Source: Acidimicrobiia bacterium (GTDB lineage Bacteria > Actinomycetota > Acidimicrobiia > Acidimicrobiales > CATQHL01). Taken from it: DNA of 64,000 nt. Positions 61,988-64,000 of the stretch are shown in pieces. Where the stretch lies: contig VXXM01000041.1 of NCBI GenBank assembly GCA_009835395.1, forward strand, positions 2,875 to 66,874. Reading direction: 5' to 3'. Made by a program: the position numbers and the translations under genes. The notes under the pieces are model-generated. The model saw only the letters and a list, made by a program, of their open reading frames with translations. It made no database searches and was not told the origin of the DNA. Every line of letters begins with the position of its first letter. Within the stretch, counting starts at the first letter, position 1.

Positions 61988-63165
61988 AGCCCGGCGCGTT
62001 CCTCCGGCTCGTGCGGCTGCGGCCGCGCCCCGCCCCGCCGCACTCCTACGACGACTTCCGGCGCCTCGCCCGGCGCCGGCTCCCCCGCCTGGTCTACGAC
62101 TTCGTGGAGGGCGGTGCCGACGGCGAGGTCACGCTGCAGGCCAACCACGCGGCGTTCGACCGGGTGCAATTCACGGCCCGGTCGCTCGTGGACGTCACGG
62201 AGCGGGATCCGGGCGTGACCGTGCTGGGCAGGCGCCTGGAGGTGCCGTTCATCTGCGGGCCCGCAGGTCTGGCCCGCCTCGTGCATCGCGACGGCGAACT
62301 TGCCGCGGCGCGGGCGGCCGCCACGGCCGGGACCGTCTTCGTGATCAGCACGGCCTCCAGTTACAGCATCGAGGAGATCGCCGCGGTCAGCGACGGGCCG
62401 CTGTGGTTCCAGCTGTACCTGTGGCGCAGCCCGGACGTGGTGGCGCGGCTCGTGGACCGGGCGGGCGCCGCCGGCTGCGAAGCGATCGTGCTCACCGTGG
62501 ACGTGCCACTCATCGGCAAGCGCGAGCGCGATCTTCGCAACGGGATGATGATCCCGCCGCAGATCGGCCCCGCCCAGGCGTTGGAGGCCATCCGCCGCCC
62601 TCGCTGGATGTGGCACCTCGCTTCCGGACCGCCGGTGCACTTCGGCAGCCTCCTGGACCTCGTCCCGCCCAACACGGACATGGCGTCGATGTCCGCCTTC
62701 ATGGACCGCGAGCTGTCCGACCTGTCCAAGACCTGGGACGACGTGGCCTGGCTGCGGGAGCGCTGGGACGGGCCGCTGCTCATCAAGGGGGTGATGAGCG
62801 CCGGCGACGCCCGCCGCTGCGTCGAGCAGGGCGCCGACGCCGTGATCGTCTCCAACCACGGCGGCCGCCAACTCGACGGCCTGCCCGCCGCCCTCGACGT
62901 GCTGGGCGACATCGTCGACGAGGTCGGCGGCGAGGCCGAGGTGATCCTCGACGGCGGCGTGCGCCGCGGCGCCGATCTAATCAAGGCACGGGCCCTCGGC
63001 GCAACCGCTGCCATGGGCGGCCGGGCCTGGTTCTGGCCGCTCGCCGCCGGCGGCGAGCAGGGGGTGGCGCGCATGCTGGAGATCCTCCGCGGCGACGTCG
63101 AGCGCACCCTCGCCCTGCTGGGCCGAAACACCTACGAGGAACTGGACGCCTCAGTCCTCCACTAG
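61984..63165 (+). CDS. FMN-dependent alpha-hydroxy-acid dehydrogenase/oxidase (LldD/glycolate-oxidase family)
   Basis: YDDFRRLARRRLPRLVYDFVEGGADGEVTLQAN..AF...LWFQLY...LTVDVPLIGKRERD...LIKGV...VIVSNHGGRQLDG...DGGVRRGADLIKA. Confidence 0.85.
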   Translation: MKPGAFLRLVRLRPRPAPPHSYDDFRRLARRRLPRLVYDFVEGGADGEVTLQANHAAFDRVQFTARSLVDVTERDPGVTVLGRRLEVPFICGPAGLARLVHRDGELAAARAAATAGTVFVISTASSYSIEEIAAVSDGPLWFQLYLWRSPDVVARLVDRAGAAGCEAIVLTVDVPLIGKRERDLRNGMMIPPQIGPAQALEAIRRPRWMWHLASGPPVHFGSLLDLVPPNTDMASMSAFMDRELSDLSKTWDDVAWLRERWDGPLLIKGVMSAGDARRCVEQGADAVIVSNHGGRQLDGLPAALDVLGDIVDEVGGEAEVILDGGVRRGADLIKARALGATAAMGGRAWFWPLAAGGEQGVARMLEILRGDVERTLALLGRNTYEELDASVLH

Positions 63166-63309
63166 CCGCCGTCCGGGCGTGAGCCGCGATGCCGCTCTGT
63201 CCCGCTACGTGGGATCGATGGACGTCTCCCAGCACGGCACTTAGCAGCCGCTTCCCAAGCGGTTCCCCGCGAACGCGGGATTAAGTTGTGATTACTACTA
63301 TCACTACTC

Positions 63310-64000
63310 ATGCTGAGCCGTTCGGCGTCCCGCGCCCGTCGCCAGGCCGCCGGGATCGTCGGCATCGCCGCCCTCGCCGGCACGCTCCTGGGCACCGCCG
63401 CCGTCACTGCCCAGCAGCACGACGACCCGCTGACGATCGACAGCCCGAGCGCGAGCGAGAGCGCCGGGATTCTCACGTTCAGCGTGACGAACACCGCGCC
63501 GATTGATACGAACGCCTACCCGTCAGGCGTCGAGGTGGGTTACAACACCGGCTCCGAGTCAGCGACGGAGGGCTCGGACGGCGACTACACCTACACGGGC
63601 GGCACGCTCACCTTCACCTCGCAGAATCAGACATTGCAGGTCAGCGTTCCGATCCTCGAGGACCAGCTTGACGAGGACAACGAGACATTCCGCCTGTACT
63701 TGGACGACCCGAGAGCCCAGGGCTTCATGTTCGGCACGGGCACGATCGAAGACAACGACGACCCGCCGGAGCTGATGCTTGTTCCCGAACAGGACGTCTC
63801 CACCGAGAACGGGCGGGTCCTGCGGTACCAGCTCACCCTGAGCGAGGAGAGCGGCCGGCCGGTGGTGGTGGAGTACGAAGTCTCGCCCGGGTTGAAGCGG
63901 GTCGACAGCAGCAACAACGTGACCGATCTCCCCGCCAACGACTGCGGCTCGTTCACCGGCAACGAGGACGCCTGCCGACCGGCGACGCCCGTCGAGGACT
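63310..64000 (+). CDS. secreted Calx-beta-domain protein, 5' part (runs off the window; not in the ORF track because no stop is reached)
   Basis: Hand translation from ATG 63310 gives MLSRSASRARRQAAGIVGIAALAGTLLGTAAVTAQQHDDPLTIDSPSASESAGILTFSVTN...VEVGYNTGSESATEGSDGDYTYTGGTLTFTSQNQTLQVSVPILEDQLDEDNETFRLYLDDP...GTGTIEDND, the Calx-beta consensus pattern. An AT-rich upstream region precedes it. Confidence 0.65.
   Translation, partial: MLSRSASRARRQAAGIVGIAALAGTLLGTAAVTAQQHDDPLTIDSPSASESAGILTFSVTNTAPIDTNAYPSGVEVGYNTGSESATEGSDGDYTYTGGTLTFTSQNQTLQVSVPILEDQLDEDNETFRLYLDDPRAQGFMFGTGTIEDNDDPPELMLVPEQDVSTENGRVLRYQLTLSEESGRPVVVEYEVSPGLKRVDSSNNVTDLPANDCGSFTGNEDACRPATPVED

Noticed and set aside
63247-63282. 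Two short hairpins (CCGCTT/AAGCGG and CCCGCG/CGCGGG) after the LldD-like gene as terminators
   Set aside because: The stems are only 6 bp with very small loops and a weak T-tract, so support for a terminator call is insufficient.
1-64000. Search for tRNA, rRNA, riboswitch, transposase, integrase, toxin-antitoxin or known defence-system genes
   Set aside because: None was recognised by eye in any intergenic region or ORF. Intergenic spaces are short (mostly under 150 nt) and lack cloverleaf-like or known riboswitch sequence signatures. A covariance-model scan (Rfam, tRNAscan) would be needed to exclude small RNAs.

Overview
This is a 64-kb, very GC-rich (roughly 70% by eye) chromosomal segment with Actinomycetota-type gene content and synteny. 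Markers include the tilS-hpt...folK-panC-lysS-coaX block, a PAC2 protein, hemE-hemY plus hemQ (the coproporphyrin-dependent haem route), glnD and sucCD. A placement in Acidimicrobiia or a related group is only a guess. I support about 56 protein-coding genes. I saw no rRNA, tRNA, CRISPR array, transposase, integrase or prophage genes. All product calls come from reading the supplied translations against motifs recalled from memory. No database search was run, and start codons were chosen by eye using overlaps, SD-like sequences and family-typical N-termini.

Layout:
- 1-12.2 kb: housekeeping genes (tilS, hpt, a folate/pantothenate block, lysS, coaX, fdhD, hemQ, a LarE-like protein, glnD, Nudix).
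- 12.3-19.6 kb: a Liv-type ABC importer whose lipoprotein receptor is an internal tandem duplication.
- 19.6-30.9 kb: PAC2, GNAT, then a GtrA / methyltransferase / methyltransferase-terpenoid-cyclase-like fusion / GT4 / Lnt-like cluster, translationally chained to hemY-hemE and a DUF4143 ATPase.
- 31.2-38.2 kb: helD, an Fe(III)-type ABC importer and a DtxR-family regulator.
- 38.3-45.4 kb: sucCD, a polar amino-acid ABC importer, purH and a DUF2237 protein.
- 45.4-46.8 kb: a secreted protein made of three Cache-like domains.
- 46.8-63.2 kb: a 16-gene lipid/alicyclic-acid-type catabolic cluster (P450, thiolase, two LLM oxidoreductases, ACAD, SDR, a two-subunit CoA-transferase-like pair, two acyl-CoA synthetases and others).
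- 63.3 kb to the window end: the 5' end of a secreted Calx-beta protein.

Observations most worth a second look:
- An Lnt-like CN-hydrolase whose nucleophile Cys reads Ser, embedded in a hem/glycosyltransferase/methyltransferase operon.
- The fused double LivJ receptor, which carries a 387-bp block of perfect self-identity.
- A degenerate FolP-like gene plus a Cys-less phosphatase-fold gene occupying the folB slot.
- Four kinds of short non-coding repeat (a 27-nt hairpin element, an ~88-bp intergenic element, a 23-bp-phased array and paired 14-bp boxes at the iron importer).
- A stand-alone triple-Cache secreted protein.

Many long ORFs in the six-frame track are antisense or out-of-frame GC artefacts and are not reported.
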